Assembly (NCBI GenBank): GCA_958009085.1
Contig: OY253670.1
Coordinates: 682,001 to 746,000 of the forward strand
Origin: Protoeuglena noctilucae
Lineage: Eukaryota
DNA: 64,000 nucleotides
Reading direction: 5' to 3'
The notes below the pieces were generated by a model that saw only the letters and a program-made list of their open reading frames with translations, was not told where the DNA came from and did not search any database. Positions 61,759 to 64,000 of this stretch are shown in pieces (positions within the stretch are counted from its first letter, which is position 1; every line of letters begins with the position of its first letter). The position numbers and the translations under genes were made by a program.

Positions 61759-62682
61759 ATGTACCAACCTTTGCATGAGTCTCGTGGCCTGGCAGAGGTC
61801 GCCCGTGCAGTCCGGGAGAGCCAAGAAAGAGGCTTGTTGGAGCCGCGGGTCAGCGCCGCGACAGAGTGCGCAGCAGGCCCCAGCAAGCGTCAAGAAGAGA
61901 AGGGCGTGCCGCTCACGGAAGTGCTCAGACGGCGCAAGCGCGCTCAGGTCGTCGATGGACAGCGCCCGGCGCAGCCTGCGCCCTTGGACACCCCCGGGGC
62001 ACCTCACAATGTTGAGGCAATGCGAGTGCCGGACTTGCCGGGTCCCGACGTCCTCGGCACGTTCCCATCGACTGTCATGGAGGAATACACGTCGCGGGCA
62101 GGTGCCCTAGGGGAGACATGCGTGCAAGCCCTGTCGAAGCTCCTAGTCCACAGGTGAGTTGGGGCGCCGGTGCCCGTGCCAAGCAGCGTGACGGCTCAGA
62201 GCTTCCTGAGGCGCTCCCTGCCCTTGCGCACAGGACAACAGCGTTCTCGGCGCCCGGTGCGACTCGCCGACAAGGCCCGTCACCGGGCCAGTGCACGGTG
62301 AAGGCCATGCTGGCCCCACCACGGGCTGCACCACGAGGGGGCATGGGGAAAGGGAAACGGCAGGAGGTGGACTTGGCAGTGCGGCTCCGGGGACTGTGCC
62401 GGGCTGTGCTAGAGCGGGAACTAGAGGTGAAGCGATGTGCTGTCTGTGACCCAAGGTGGCTCGGGGCACGTGTCTTCGCACAGCACAGCCTGCAAAGCTG
62501 TGCTGTTCGCGCTTGCTTCGCAGTTGTGCGACCTCGCCCTCGGGGCCGCGGGGGTCAGGGAGGAGGCGGAGGAAGAGGGAGCGCACGAAGGAGCTCCGCA
62601 GGCGGCGGCAGAGGATCTGGGACGTGCTGTGCTGGCCCATCTCCAACGCATCCGCCATGGTGGCAGCGTGCAGCTCTCCTAA
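61759..62682 (+). CDS. Hypothetical protein (partial model)
   Basis: ATG-initiated frame 'MYQPLHESRGLAEVARAVRESQERGLL...LSKLLVHR' ending at a GTGAGT donor (about 62154). The downstream exons are uncertain. Confidence 0.35.
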
Positions 62683-62724
62683 GGCGTCAAGCCTAGGCTT
62701 CAACGCTTGGCAGCCACGGCGACG

Positions 62725-64000
62725 TCACCAAAAATCAGCGGCGCTCATCCCGAACCCGCCTGCCTGGTCTGCGCCAGGCGTGGCGCCCGCATGCCGTTCT
62801 GTGGCCTTCCGGTCCCCAGACCGGCGCTCCTGTCGGTCCTCCACCTCGTCGTCGAATTCCTGCAGCCATGAAGGCTTTCCAACAGCTTCAAAGCGCGTTC
62901 CTGCTTGCCGCATGAGCCCCTCACGGGGTCAGGGGCGCTGCCTCACCAGGGACTGGCCGGGCCGCATGGCCATGGAAACGTGCTTTGCCGAAGAGCTCGC
63001 GCTCGACGCCACGGCCGCGCCTCCTTTGATCCCGCCCGCCGCGTCCCCCAGCGCCCGGCTCAGGATGCCCCTGCGGGCGGGGTGGCACAGCACATTGAAT
63101 GCCGGGCCCCGTCAGGGCGCACGAGCTGCACATGGAAGACCGTGGCACGCACCCGAGGCGACTCTTCCCCAGGAACGCCGTGGGCGTGGTGGCCGGCTGC
63201 GGGGGATGCGGACTCCGCAACGCCTGCCGCACCGCGCCCGCATCCGCCCTGGGACTGGCCCGCGTCGCCCCCGCGCCACGCCCGCCGGCCCCAAAGTCCG
63301 ACCCGGAGTCTGACGCCGAGTCCGAGCTCTCGCTGGATTCCAGCATCTTCCGCACGTCCTCGGGAGGGCCCCCGGCATCGTCGGCAGGCGCGGCTCGCGC
63401 GACGCTTTGCGATGGCGCCGTGGATGGGCGCGCCGCCGGGGCCATGCCGAGGTCCTCCAGGTCCTCCTCGTCGAAGCCCGGGATGCTCGTCTCGGCGGCC
63501 GTCGGTGTCGAGGCGCCCGCGGCTTTCTGCGGGCGCGGGTGCAGCGAGGCGCTGTGGTGAGCAAGGGGCGGCATGGCGTTCCATGACGGTGTCGGTGATG
63601 TGCACGCGCTTCGTGAGCTTCGCAGTTGCGCAGCGGCCCGCACCTGCAGCGCAGCCAGCGCGGAGGGCGTGGCACGGCCGCGTGCGCTCGTCGGTCGCTT
63701 GGCCACCAGAACGGTGTCCTCGGCAGCGACACCTATGGGCGGCGCCACCAGGGCGTGGGGCGTCGCGGGCCCCGCTGAGCTCCGTCCGCTGCCCCTGGGC
63801 ATCCCGAAGCCCCTCACGAACGCCATGCCGCCCCCGAAGCCGAAAGGGTCCGCCACGCCAGGGGCCGGGCTCTCCGCGACGCTCCGAGGCGACGCGGGGG
63901 TCGACGGGCGCGAGGGGGTGGCCGGGCGCGGCGCCGGTGGCTGGCCCTGCAGCATGCGACGAGCGAGACAGCTTGACGCCAACGCCCGCGCATCCCCAGG
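62725..64000 (-). CDS. 3' part of a low-complexity hypothetical protein running off the window end
   Basis: Minus-strand frames 62921-63982 and 62725-62913 are Ser/Pro/Ala-rich with intron-like interruptions. Confidence 0.4.

Noticed and set aside
1..64000. Hundreds of overlapping Arg/Pro/Gly/Ala-rich ORFs in the track
   Set aside because: These are shadow and antisense frames expected from high GC content and GC3 bias; the real coding signal follows spliced exons.

Overview
This is eukaryotic nuclear DNA: very GC-rich, gene-dense and interrupted by many short (about 80-200 nt) spliceosomal introns, so the ORF track only shows exon fragments and GC-driven shadow ORFs. The gene content points to a flagellated green alga with a compact genome (algal-type Hsp33, transit-peptide-bearing 6PGD, MurD, flagellar and basal-body genes); the taxon is my inference. 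I reconstructed about 20 genes by eye. They are: an HCN-like cyclic-nucleotide-binding channel, CFAP47, CCDC61/VFL3, malic enzyme ending in -SKL, HDDC2, a single-chain SbcD(Mre11)-SbcC(Rad50) fusion, BBOF1, a TPR protein, Hsp33, an RluA-family pseudouridine synthase, an RTE1/TMEM222-like protein, 6PGD, MurD, TFIIH p62, CCDC13 and several unknowns. The most striking observations are (1) the nuclease-SMC ATPase fusion with an organelle-type presequence, (2) an intron-containing peptidoglycan ligase gene, murD, (3) at least 14 inferred GC-AG introns, (4) an animal-HCN-like channel, and (5) a malic enzyme with a PTS1 signal. I saw no rRNA, tRNA, CRISPR array or transposase. All exon models and family calls come from manual motif recognition; no database search was run.
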